Assembly (NCBI GenBank): GCA_021810905.1
Contig: JAJZQH010000011.1
Location: 4,358-68,357, forward strand
Direction of reading: 5' to 3'
Length of the DNA: 64,000 nucleotides
Source: a bacterium
GTDB taxonomy: Bacteria; UBA10199; 2-02-FULL-44-16; JAAZCA01
Below the pieces are notes generated by a model. It was not told the DNA's origin, did no database searches, and worked only from the letters and a program-made list of their open reading frames with translations. The translations under genes were made by a program, and so were the position numbers. Of the stretch, positions 47,952 through 57,097 are shown piece by piece (within the stretch, counting starts at the first letter, position 1; each line of letters opens with the position of its first letter).

Positions 47952-49376
47952 GTGGGCATGGCGCGCGACGATATATGGAGGATCAAGCCGATCATCAGGG
48001 TCACATGGCCGGAGCCAGTGATCGACTATCCGCCTGTTCCGAAAGAGCTCGAACCTGCCCTGCGCGGTCATCCTGAGCCGGCTGTTGACTGGAAAAAAGT
48101 GCCGATCATAGGACGTATGTGGCGAAGGCGACCGCTGGCTGCGCAGAGCTTATCGCTCGCGGATCGCGCAGGGGCGCTTGCGGCCGAGAGGCGCTCCTAT
48201 GAGTCGAATCTGCTCTATCGCATCGCGTTCTCTCGGGGAGAGAATGACCCGCGCATAAGCGCAGCGATAGATCGAATCACGGAAAAGGCGATCGGTGCGG
48301 TCGATAGAATTGAGCTCAGATCACATACCTGTCCGAACGGAAGCCCTGTGACATCTACCATAGGCTACACGGTGTCGGCACGCGCGTTCCTTGAAACAGC
48401 TCTCGGCAGCAGGCTCACGCTTATGGATGCAGTTGATTTGCTGGACATTGCCTCACCGCTCTTCAGGGTGAAGGAGATCCATCTCAATCATTACATGTCC
48501 GAGGACGGGCTGCCGAGGCTTTCTATTAACGGCATATACGAGCGGAATGAAGGCAGCAGCACTCCGCTCGCGTGTTCTGTGGAACTTGAATTTCACGACG
48601 GAAAACCCGTAATCACACGACGCAACTTGAGCGTCAGTTGTGGATTCAGGAGGATGGCGATCGGCACGCGACGCCTGCTCAGGACGGTTCAGTTCGCACA
48701 ACTGCACGGAATCGGGAACTGGGAGGACGACATCAGCGAAGATGGGCTCTTCGTGTGGCCTCGCCTGGGCGCACCGATGACTAGCGAAAGTCTTGAATAT
48801 GTGCTCGGCAAACTCAAGAAGCTCGTCGAGAATGGCGTTGTCGGACACATCGATCTTTCGGCGAACGGTCCGTACGAGATCGCCTCCTTCATACTGAAGG
48901 AAAAGGATGTGCTCGATACGAATGCGCTCAAGAAGTGGTATCGGCACAATACCCGCATCCGGCCGCACGATATCGATACGCTCTCTCCACCTTACAGGGT
49001 CGGACTCGCGGCGCTGCGCGGGAGCGTCATCTACGCCGACTTCGTTCCGAAGAAGATCGAGGCGGAATTGCTCATTCGCCACATACCCCGCCGTCTGGAA
49101 TCGGGGTTGATACATGGCGAAGCGAGATCAAGGCTCGACGAGGATCAAAAAATAAGGCTCACAGAAGCGGCGGACGGCCTTGCCACGGACTTCAGCAGTG
49201 CGCTCGTACGCGAGTGGGTCGTGAAATCTGTCGAGGAAAGTGCAAATGAGGACGCCGGCGCTTCAATAGAAGCGGATGGCTCCGGACTGTGGATGCCGGG
49301 CAATGAGTTTGCGCAGAATTTTGACGGAGTTGTCGAACCAGCACTTCTCTCGGCGGCAACGCTCCTGAAGATGTAA
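47952..49376 (+). CDS. hypothetical protein (474 aa), cytoplasmic and Arg-rich; no recognisable motif
   Basis: A long ORF with codon usage consistent with the host. It lies directly downstream of the REP-RAYT unit. Confidence 0.4.
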   Translation: MGMARDDIWRIKPIIRVTWPEPVIDYPPVPKELEPALRGHPEPAVDWKKVPIIGRMWRRRPLAAQSLSLADRAGALAAERRSYESNLLYRIAFSRGENDPRISAAIDRITEKAIGAVDRIELRSHTCPNGSPVTSTIGYTVSARAFLETALGSRLTLMDAVDLLDIASPLFRVKEIHLNHYMSEDGLPRLSINGIYERNEGSSTPLACSVELEFHDGKPVITRRNLSVSCGFRRMAIGTRRLLRTVQFAQLHGIGNWEDDISEDGLFVWPRLGAPMTSESLEYVLGKLKKLVENGVVGHIDLSANGPYEIASFILKEKDVLDTNALKKWYRHNTRIRPHDIDTLSPPYRVGLAALRGSVIYADFVPKKIEAELLIRHIPRRLESGLIHGEARSRLDEDQKIRLTEAADGLATDFSSALVREWVVKSVEESANEDAGASIEADGSGLWMPGNEFAQNFDGVVEPALLSAATLLKM

Positions 49377-49393
49377 TGCAGAGATTTTCAACC

Positions 49394-50623
49394 TCAGAGT
49401 CTATACCTGAGCCCCACACCTGCCCCCCACATCGTGCCTAACGAGAATGAGTTTCGGCAAGTAGTGGTGAGTTTTCCGGTCTGAGTAGCCGTTGCGCCTC
49501 CATTGCCATTCGGTGTGGCGAGGATCGAATCTTCGTCTGCTTTGTAGGCATAGCTGCATGGCTGATCGGCAACACCGCCCATGATGAATCCGCCGGTTAT
49601 GTCATAAACAAAGCTGAATGGTGAATCCTTTTTGAAGGGATGAGAACCCTCCACTACCGCAGCCAGGTAGGCGCCGTTGAAGAGGCGGGTGATATCGTGT
49701 TCGCGCATGCGATAAGCGGTGTGCGTGGAGTTGACAGGCGGATTCGAAGGTTCGACGGGTATGAGATCGCTCCGCTCGTCGTTACTCGTGAGCCTTGCAT
49801 AGCCGCCTTCGACGTAGAATGCAGTGGATTCGTTTGCCACGCCGACGCGAGCGCCGATCATCGTGAGGCCCGGTGTCGCCATGGTCAATGCGCCGCCCGC
49901 CATCGTGCGCGTTCCATTGGCAGAGGCCCTTCCGTACCAATCGAGCGTAAGCCGGCCGCAGAAATTCGATTGCGAGAGCGGTTCGCCGGCCAGGCGTGAG
50001 AACGTGCGATAGCAGAGATTTATCGAAGAGCCGATCAATGAATTGTACTGCTTGTACAGATCAAAGAGCTTCGCGTGCCTCGCGTAGCAATCGTCATCCG
50101 ATTTGCATTCCTGCTTGCGCATATCGGCGAGCGCGTTGAGGCATTTATTGTAGAATGAGACGTCTCGCGCGCCGCTCTCCAGCTGCTTGTCGGTAATAGA
50201 GAGGATCTCCCTCTCGATCGCGTCTCTCACCTCGGGCCTCTCTCGCGCGATGGCCGTAATCACGATCTCCTGTTCAAGCCTCCCCGCCTTCGGACCCATA
50301 TTCTGCACAAGCGCCGTAACGAGATCTATGCACTTCGGGTTAGAGAGTTTCTGAAACTTTTCCCAGAAACGGACGGAGACCGCTTCATACGAAGATTGCT
50401 GCTGCGGCCCACATTGACCGCCGCGCTCAGATAGCTGCGCAAATGCCTGCCACCGCGCCTTGTCGTGCGGATCCTCGATCCACGCCATGCAACGCTCATC
50501 TATCTCCGCGGCGGACGGGCACGACGCTGGCGGTTGATCCGTTACGGGAAGCGCTGCGGCGGCGCTGCTCGCCGCCGGCGGCGTTGTGACGGTCGCGGAT
50601 TCTGTCTTGCCTGGAGAACCCAT
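49394..50623 (-). CDS. hypothetical protein (409 aa) with a C-terminal region of alternating beta-strand-like pattern
   Basis: The ORF track entry is the last gene of a four-gene minus-strand cluster. No N-terminal signal is evident from the annotated start. Confidence 0.4.
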   Translation of the reverse strand: MGSPGKTESATVTTPPAASSAAAALPVTDQPPASCPSAAEIDERCMAWIEDPHDKARWQAFAQLSERGGQCGPQQQSSYEAVSVRFWEKFQKLSNPKCIDLVTALVQNMGPKAGRLEQEIVITAIARERPEVRDAIEREILSITDKQLESGARDVSFYNKCLNALADMRKQECKSDDDCYARHAKLFDLYKQYNSLIGSSINLCYRTFSRLAGEPLSQSNFCGRLTLDWYGRASANGTRTMAGGALTMATPGLTMIGARVGVANESTAFYVEGGYARLTSNDERSDLIPVEPSNPPVNSTHTAYRMREHDITRLFNGAYLAAVVEGSHPFKKDSPFSFVYDITGGFIMGGVADQPCSYAYKADEDSILATPNGNGGATATQTGKLTTTCRNSFSLGTMWGAGVGLRYRL

Positions 50624-50687
50624 AACTCTCTTCCTTTCACTCCCCCGTACAGAACAATTCTCAAATTAAAATCTCACGTTCACGGCG

Positions 50688-51569
50688 CTACTGCTTCTCG
50701 CAGTGGACATAGAGTTCACTCCACTTGTTTCCGGTGAGGGTTGTCATATCCAGCGGCGCGGCCTGATCGACCGTGGTGCAGTCTGCATTGCAGATCACTT
50801 CCATGCCGAGCTCGGACTCAGCTGCCGGATACTTCTCATTGCCGTCGCCTATCGGCTGCGGCGCGTTAGTGATCGAATCGTGGAAGGTCATCGCAAAAAG
50901 CGCGGCGCTTTCGAAACCCCCTATGCCCGCATCGGACGGTAGTTTGAGAGTGCGCAAATTGAGGAAGTGCTTTCCGCCGCTCTCCGAGACCGTCAGTTCA
51001 TATTGACCGGTGAGGTCCCCTGCCCATCCAGGAATTGCCGAAGTCCAGTCCGGATAGTACTGTTTATCCGGCCAGGTTGAGGCTCGATCGTTCTGACGCG
51101 CATTCTCCAGCGCCGGGTCGGTGCCCGCGCTGGCCCTATAGCGGAATAGGCCGGTGAACCCCGACGCATTCGACGATACGGATGAAATCGATTCCATGAT
51201 CGAGGAGAACGGGGGCCCGTTCAACTCCTGGGCTTTAAATATGCACTTGAATGAATTCATGACGCCTGAGTCATCGGCATCGGAACCTGCCTCTACGTAC
51301 GAATCGGGCTTAGCATCTGCCGGTGCGTCCGGGCTCGCGTCAACGACGTCGGCCTTTGCATCCGCGGGCGGATTTTCAGAGATAGCGTCCTTGCCGCTGT
51401 CACCGGAAACGCCTCCAGTGCCGCTGTCAGCGCCACCCGTGCCACCTGTCCCTGCGCCGCCATCATCCTTTCCATCGAGCGGGGCAAGAGGCGCCGGCGG
51501 CTCTCCGCTGCTGCATCCCCAGTGAATGATCGCCGCTATCACAGCGCCTGCAAAAACCAATGCACCCAT
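50688..51569 (-). CDS. hypothetical lipoprotein (293 aa) with a Gly/Asp/Ala-rich low-complexity linker
   Basis: The N-terminus is MGALVFAGAVIAAIIHWGCSSG, and a GGAGGG RBS lies 5 nt upstream. A GGAGTGGTGGADSGTGG linker follows the signal. Confidence 0.5.
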   Translation of the reverse strand: MGALVFAGAVIAAIIHWGCSSGEPPAPLAPLDGKDDGGAGTGGTGGADSGTGGVSGDSGKDAISENPPADAKADVVDASPDAPADAKPDSYVEAGSDADDSGVMNSFKCIFKAQELNGPPFSSIMESISSVSSNASGFTGLFRYRASAGTDPALENARQNDRASTWPDKQYYPDWTSAIPGWAGDLTGQYELTVSESGGKHFLNLRTLKLPSDAGIGGFESAALFAMTFHDSITNAPQPIGDGNEKYPAAESELGMEVICNADCTTVDQAAPLDMTTLTGNKWSELYVHCEKQ

Positions 51570-51597
51570 AACTCCCTCCTCAGTCCGCGTTGATCTA

Positions 51598-53667
51598 TCA
51601 ATATTCCGTAGCGCCTATATCCGGCAATCCATCCGAACGGCTCTTCCCGTCGATGTCCGTCGTCACTCCGGTGCCGCCCACTCCCTTATCCTTTGCAAAC
51701 ACCTGGAAGGCGGCCAGGAGTTCCGCCGCGTCAAAATCAAAATACGATGGCTGCAGATTCTGTTTCAGCACGTTCCCCCTGCGATTGACCTGGTTGTTCT
51801 GACACTGCGCCGGCTGCGGATTCTGTTCGCATTCGTTGGCAACGGAGAGCGCCACGAACTGTGCGGTGTCCGGATAATATGCGAGCGGCATATTCGTTGC
51901 GCCGAAGTTGGCGTTGACGAGATCCGCCACGATCTCCTTCGCGCAGAATGACGCCCCGCACGCGGATGGCATGGAGAGAATCGCGTTGTTGGCGTTGGCG
52001 CCGTACACGAGCAGGATGTCATCAATCGTCGAGAACTGAACGTCGCCCCTGTCCGATGACACGGCGTGCAGCTCACCGCCGTTGCCGTTGATGAGCACCG
52101 TGTTGTGTACGGATGAAATCGTGGAGCCGGCGCCCATCATCGTGAGATAGATGCCGGTCTTTGTGGCCATATCCGCCACGGCGCCGGGCATCGAGATGGC
52201 GTTGTTGACGATCGAGAGTTTGATAGGACGAAGCTGCGATGAGGCGTTGATCCCGCGCACGGCAACGGTCTGGTTGTCCGGCGTGGCCAGCGCGATGCGA
52301 TTTTGCGATATCTCAAAATCCGCGTTTGGCTGCGGACAAATAATACGCACGCCGGTGGCGGACGTTCCATAGGCCGCGAACGAGATGGAGTTGCCGGTCA
52401 ATGACGCGTCCGCTGCGACATCGGTGCAGCGGTAGAGGATGCCCGCGGGTCTGTCCGCGCCGTCTATCGAGACGGCGCTGTCGGAGATGGCGAGCGACTG
52501 TACGTCCTCAAGGCTGATCCCCGTGAAGACAGTGCCTGGAGAAACCTGGCCGCTGCCGCTGTCGATGGTCACGCGGGATATATCCACGCCCGCGCTGTTC
52601 AATACTTCTATCGCCTTCAGGTAACTCTCGTTTCCGTTCGAGGCCATCCAGAAATAGTTTGTGTCGTCTTCCGGAACGATCTTGAGACCCTGCACATTGT
52701 CCGCGAGTACGCACGTCGCGTTGCCACACTTGCCGCTGTTTTGAAAACTGCTGTCCGTGACGGAGATCTCGCTGCTGTCGGTTGCCTGTATGTCGCGGCA
52801 CGCGGCGCCCGCGGCGCCCGGCGTCTTGATCGAGAGATTGTCCAACGCGATACGCTGGGACGCGTTTATCGCAATACCCATGGAGCCCGTTGCAACCGAT
52901 GCGCCCGTGATCGCCAGGCACTCGATGCGCACGTCCTGCACGGAGCTCAGCAATATGGCCTGAGACTTGCCGACCGGCGTCTTGAGTATCGTGTTTGCGT
53001 TGCTGGCATTGAACGCAGGAACTCCATTTTCATCCACGGACGTTACGCAACCCTTGATCGTTATCCCGCTCTGAGGCGCGATCGATTCGGTGTAGGTACC
53101 TTCCATCACGTACACGTTTGTAAAACCGTTCTGCGCCGCGATGGCGAGCGCGCGGCCTATCGTGGCCACGGGCATGTTCTGTGAGCCGTCGCGAGCCGCG
53201 GAATCGTTGCCTGATTTTGAGGATACGAAGACCGCGCTCTGCGGCGGGGGCGGTGTTTTGCCTGCCACCGGGATTTGAATGAGCGTGGGCGAACTCGCGA
53301 CCGCGTTATCGTTGGTGACGACTAGTTCAAATTCGAGAGTTGTCACGGTGTCCGGTACGTAAAATGACATCACCGCCGCGGTGGCGCCCGAAAGACCCGT
53401 GAGGGTGCCGCCGGTCTGCCGCCACGCATAGGACTTGATCGGAGTGCCTTCAGGATCGAACGAAGTGCTGCCGTCGAGCGTGACCTTCTGCCACGGCGCG
53501 GGCGATGCGGGCGACATGGAGATCACCGCGACCGGAGGCAGGTCCGTAATATCGGCGTTCGCTTCGACCGCGCTATCACCGCCGCACGACGTGTAAAAAA
53601 GCCCAGCCGCAAGGAAGAACATGATCGCGGCAATATTGAGATTCATTTTGCGGCCATGCCTTGTCAT
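51598..53667 (-). CDS. lipoprotein with a PKD-like domain and right-handed parallel beta-helix repeats (choice-of-anchor-Q-like C-terminus)
   Basis: The signal and lipobox are MTRHGRKMNLNIAAIMFFLAAGLFYTSCGG. The PKD-like segment is VAVISMSPASPAPWQKVTLDGSTSFDPEGTPIKSYAWRQTGG. The beta-helix region is repetitive and rich in N, S, G, I, V and T. The protein ends DIDGKSRSDGLPDIGATEY. A GGAGGA RBS lies before the ATG at 53667. Confidence 0.65.
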   Translation of the reverse strand: MTRHGRKMNLNIAAIMFFLAAGLFYTSCGGDSAVEANADITDLPPVAVISMSPASPAPWQKVTLDGSTSFDPEGTPIKSYAWRQTGGTLTGLSGATAAVMSFYVPDTVTTLEFELVVTNDNAVASSPTLIQIPVAGKTPPPPQSAVFVSSKSGNDSAARDGSQNMPVATIGRALAIAAQNGFTNVYVMEGTYTESIAPQSGITIKGCVTSVDENGVPAFNASNANTILKTPVGKSQAILLSSVQDVRIECLAITGASVATGSMGIAINASQRIALDNLSIKTPGAAGAACRDIQATDSSEISVTDSSFQNSGKCGNATCVLADNVQGLKIVPEDDTNYFWMASNGNESYLKAIEVLNSAGVDISRVTIDSGSGQVSPGTVFTGISLEDVQSLAISDSAVSIDGADRPAGILYRCTDVAADASLTGNSISFAAYGTSATGVRIICPQPNADFEISQNRIALATPDNQTVAVRGINASSQLRPIKLSIVNNAISMPGAVADMATKTGIYLTMMGAGSTISSVHNTVLINGNGGELHAVSSDRGDVQFSTIDDILLVYGANANNAILSMPSACGASFCAKEIVADLVNANFGATNMPLAYYPDTAQFVALSVANECEQNPQPAQCQNNQVNRRGNVLKQNLQPSYFDFDAAELLAAFQVFAKDKGVGGTGVTTDIDGKSRSDGLPDIGATEY

Positions 53668-53677
53668 CCGATCCTCC

Positions 53678-54844
53678 TCACCTTCCACCGCTCTTGTTGA
53701 GCGCTTTTCGTGCAGCCAGAAATTCCCTGCTCAGTTCGCTGTAGATCTTCTTCTCCTTCGCCGATTTCTCAAGCGCGTCGAGGCGTTCCCTTGCAACTGA
53801 CGCGCTTGCGAGCTCTCCGCTGCGCGCCTTTATCGCAGCGAGCGCTTCGCGATATCCCTTTATCAACTGATCATGGAGGGCGCCGCTGAACTTGTCCTCA
53901 AGACCTACCTGACTGGCAAATCCTCCGATCGTTGAGATCGTCGCCTGCAGGAGCTCCACCTTTCCTACATCAAGCTCTTCTTTGACGTCAGTCCGAACCA
54001 GTACAGAGGAAATCACTCTGAAATAGCAGTCGAAAAAGGCCTCACCGATAGCATTGCCGAGACCATTCTCGCCGGCCTGATAACCTTGAGTGTTTCTGAT
54101 TCCTGCCGCGTCCAGAGCCTGGCCGAGCTTCTTAAATTCTTCATTTAATGTGCCGAGATCTTCAACCGTCCAGTTCTTTTCAGAAAGCGTCTGGATCGCA
54201 GCCTTGCATATATCCTTCAGGCGTTTTGAGAATTCCGGATCTTTGACTTTCTGTTCCCTGCCGCACTTTCCGGCGACGTTGATCGCGGCGGAAACGCCGT
54301 TAACGGAAGCATCTCCCGAAGACTGCTCCGCCATGAAGATCGGGATGTAACAACCGAGTTTTCCGGAGATATCGAGTGCACGGGCCGCAAGAGCAGAATC
54401 GACACCGCGAGGAACGCCGGCGGCATCGGCGGCCTTTGCTATCTCTTCGTAATGACTCCATACTGACTGGGCGTCCTGATCCTTTTTGATATCGGCCATC
54501 CTGGACCAGAAGACCGCAATGTAGTTTCGAAGCGCAGCCACGGGCGCACGATTGAATTGAGCGCCATTGATGCCTACCCTCGCAAAGGCCTTCTGTACGC
54601 GCTCGTCATTTGCGGCCAGCTTCGCACCTGCGGAATCCATCACATAGTCGTTTTTGTCGTCCATTGAAAATGTGCCGTTGCCGTCGTCGACAAGCGTGAC
54701 ATCCTCACCGAGCGGAATCCTGTTGCCCGCGCCTGCGTCCGGATCGCGAGATTTGAAATTGGGCGACACCGATTCTTTCCAGCTCGCCGCACAACCCGCA
54801 GCAGCGAGCGCCGCCAGCACGCCCAGAAAAATCACAGGAACCAT
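53678..54844 (-). CDS. hypothetical helical lipoprotein (388 aa)
   Basis: The signal and lipobox MVPVIFLGVLAALAAAGCAAS begin at the ATG at 54844. The ORF track starts the frame earlier, at 54985. Confidence 0.5.
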   Translation of the reverse strand: MVPVIFLGVLAALAAAGCAASWKESVSPNFKSRDPDAGAGNRIPLGEDVTLVDDGNGTFSMDDKNDYVMDSAGAKLAANDERVQKAFARVGINGAQFNRAPVAALRNYIAVFWSRMADIKKDQDAQSVWSHYEEIAKAADAAGVPRGVDSALAARALDISGKLGCYIPIFMAEQSSGDASVNGVSAAINVAGKCGREQKVKDPEFSKRLKDICKAAIQTLSEKNWTVEDLGTLNEEFKKLGQALDAAGIRNTQGYQAGENGLGNAIGEAFFDCYFRVISSVLVRTDVKEELDVGKVELLQATISTIGGFASQVGLEDKFSGALHDQLIKGYREALAAIKARSGELASASVARERLDALEKSAKEKKIYSELSREFLAARKALNKSGGR

Positions 54845-55004
54845 ATACTCCCCTTTCCTGACACGTGAACAGACATATACAGGAGGAGATACCCCTCCAA
54901 TACTATTCTCGGCATTACTCCGAGGATGTTGCGCGTTTTTTTCAGGCTTGTAACATCTTGAAATTATAATGTTTTTCAGAAGCAACGGCGGTGTTTCGCG
55001 TTTT

Positions 55005-55886
55005 TCACCCTATGATGAGCCGGCGAAGCACCTTGAGATTGTGGATATCGGACTTCACGGCATCGCCCTGCTTCGGCGTCTCCAGGAGCATCGGCACGTG
55101 CGCGATGCGCTTGTCATTCATGATACGCCTGAAGCCGGCGAGCCCGATCTCTCCCTTGCCAATATCCTCGTGACGATCCTTGCGGCCTCCGAGCTCTCCC
55201 TTGGAGTCGTTGAGGTGCATCGCTATGAGATTCTCGAGCCCGATCGCGCGGTCGAATTCTCTCCACGTCTTCTCGTATCCTGCCTTCGTGCGAAGCTCAT
55301 AGCCCGCGGCAAAGGCATGGCACGTGTCAAAACAGACGGCCATCCGCTTCCCGCCCTTGACTATGCGAATGATCTCGGCAAGCTCATCGAACGAACTGCC
55401 AATCGAGTTGCCCTGTCCCGCTATGGTCTCCAGCGCTACACCAGCGCGGCAGCCGGCCGTGGCGGCTAGGACTTCGGAAAGCGCCTCCGCGATCCTCCAC
55501 ACGCCCCATTCAAGCCCCATGCCCTTGTGCGAGCCGGGATGCACGACGACCCATGGAATACTCAGCAGCTCCGCCCGATTGATCTCCGCCTTCATCGCTG
55601 CGACTGATTTATCGAAGATCTCTTCGTCAGGGGCAGCTAGGTTGATGAGATACCCCGCGTGTGCGACGACAGCGCAGATGCCCGCCTTGTCTCTATTATA
55701 ATGATAAGCCTCGACCTCGTCCGGCGTAAGCTCTGGCGCTCGCCACTGCTGGTTGGGGCCCGTAAAGAGCTGAAGCGCATTGGCGCCAATCTCGGCCGCG
55801 ATCAAAGGCGCGTTGGCAACGCCGCCCGCGATGGAGCAATGCGCGCCGAGGAGATGAGCGCCTTTCTGTCTCTTGCGCACGTGCAT
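55005..55886 (-). CDS. nfo: endonuclease IV (AP endonuclease family 2)
   Basis: Metal-binding motifs are LLGAHCSIAGG, VAHAGYLINLA, LETIAGQG, CFDTCHAFAAGY and AMHLNDSKGELG, with the layout of the Nfo TIM barrel. Confidence 0.85.
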   Translation of the reverse strand: MHVRKRQKGAHLLGAHCSIAGGVANAPLIAAEIGANALQLFTGPNQQWRAPELTPDEVEAYHYNRDKAGICAVVAHAGYLINLAAPDEEIFDKSVAAMKAEINRAELLSIPWVVVHPGSHKGMGLEWGVWRIAEALSEVLAATAGCRAGVALETIAGQGNSIGSSFDELAEIIRIVKGGKRMAVCFDTCHAFAAGYELRTKAGYEKTWREFDRAIGLENLIAMHLNDSKGELGGRKDRHEDIGKGEIGLAGFRRIMNDKRIAHVPMLLETPKQGDAVKSDIHNLKVLRRLIIG

Positions 55887-57032
55887 TTAGAGAATACTCG
55901 ATGGGTCTGACTTCAGATATTCAATGCCTTGTTCAAGATTCCACATCATGACTTGTGCCTTGGGAAATCGTTTGGAAAAGGCCTGCATGCCCTTATGCCT
56001 CATCGGCTTCTCGCGAACGCCGATCTCGATACCGATAACGCCCTTCGGCGTCTTCAGGACATAATCGATCTCAAGATTGCCTTCGCGCCAGTAATACAAT
56101 TCACAACCCGCCGCACGCGACAGATGGGCGCCGATCATGGATTCAAAGACGCGGCCATACCATACCGAATCAGAGAGCCTTGACTGAGACTCGTAGGCAT
56201 GTGTGAGCGCAGGATTGAGCACCACGATCTTGGGAATAGACGCTCGCACCTGTACCGCAGAACCCGAATATTTCTGCAGCGTCCGGATCAGAAAACACTG
56301 CTCCAGGATCTCCAGATAGTGTTTGATGGTCGAGACATTTCCGCGATCCTGCAGCTGGCCCAACATCTTCTGCAGGCTGAGCGTCTGCGCGGGGTGCTGC
56401 ACGGCGAGCTCAAACGTCTGTCGAAAGAGCGCTGGCTTGGTAACCGAAGAGACACCCAGGATGTCGCGGCTGATGACCGGCTCGATGATGCTCTGGCGGA
56501 TATAATCGCGCCATCGCGCCTCATCGTCCGCAAACGGTGCAGCGCCGGGGTAGGCCCCGAACCGCACGAATCGATCAAAGTCCCAGCCGAACTCCTGCTG
56601 AAAATCTGCAAGCGACCAGTGAGGCGCGTGGAGCAGCTCAAAGCGGCCTGCAAGACTCTCTCCCAGACCCTTCTTCAAATAGAGACTCGATGAACCGAGC
56701 AGGAGGATCTTCAATCTGCCAGTACCGCGTTCCGGATCGAACAGCGACTTGATGGCCTCGCTCCAGCGCTCGACCTTCTGGATTTCGTCGAAGATGAGGA
56801 GCGTGCCCGGTCCCTTGAGCCTGGCCTGCTCCCAGTTGAATCTGATCCATTCCGCATTTGGAGGGGTGATGGAATCTGCCGTTGCCATGACCTTTGGGCC
56901 GGTCCACGCATCGAAAATCACCTTGGCAGTTGTAGTCTTCCCCACCTGCCGGGGTCCCAAAAGGACCTGAATAAGAGGGGCCTGTTCTTGCAACCGCTCA
57001 GATATTATTCTTTTTAATTCGGTAGTTATCAT
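55887..57032 (-). CDS. AAA-family ATPase with DUF4143-type C-terminal domain (COG1373-like)
   Basis: Walker A is GPRQVGKTT and Walker B is LLIFDEIQKV. The start is the ATG at 57032 (MITTELKRIISERL) with a GGAG RBS. The gene abuts nfo. Confidence 0.75.
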   Translation of the reverse strand: MITTELKRIISERLQEQAPLIQVLLGPRQVGKTTTAKVIFDAWTGPKVMATADSITPPNAEWIRFNWEQARLKGPGTLLIFDEIQKVERWSEAIKSLFDPERGTGRLKILLLGSSSLYLKKGLGESLAGRFELLHAPHWSLADFQQEFGWDFDRFVRFGAYPGAAPFADDEARWRDYIRQSIIEPVISRDILGVSSVTKPALFRQTFELAVQHPAQTLSLQKMLGQLQDRGNVSTIKHYLEILEQCFLIRTLQKYSGSAVQVRASIPKIVVLNPALTHAYESQSRLSDSVWYGRVFESMIGAHLSRAAGCELYYWREGNLEIDYVLKTPKGVIGIEIGVREKPMRHKGMQAFSKRFPKAQVMMWNLEQGIEYLKSDPSSIL

Positions 57033-57097
57033 GACACTCCTGATTTTAGGAGATCGACTTCCTAAAATCAAGAGATATGTCTAGCAGGCATATGATG

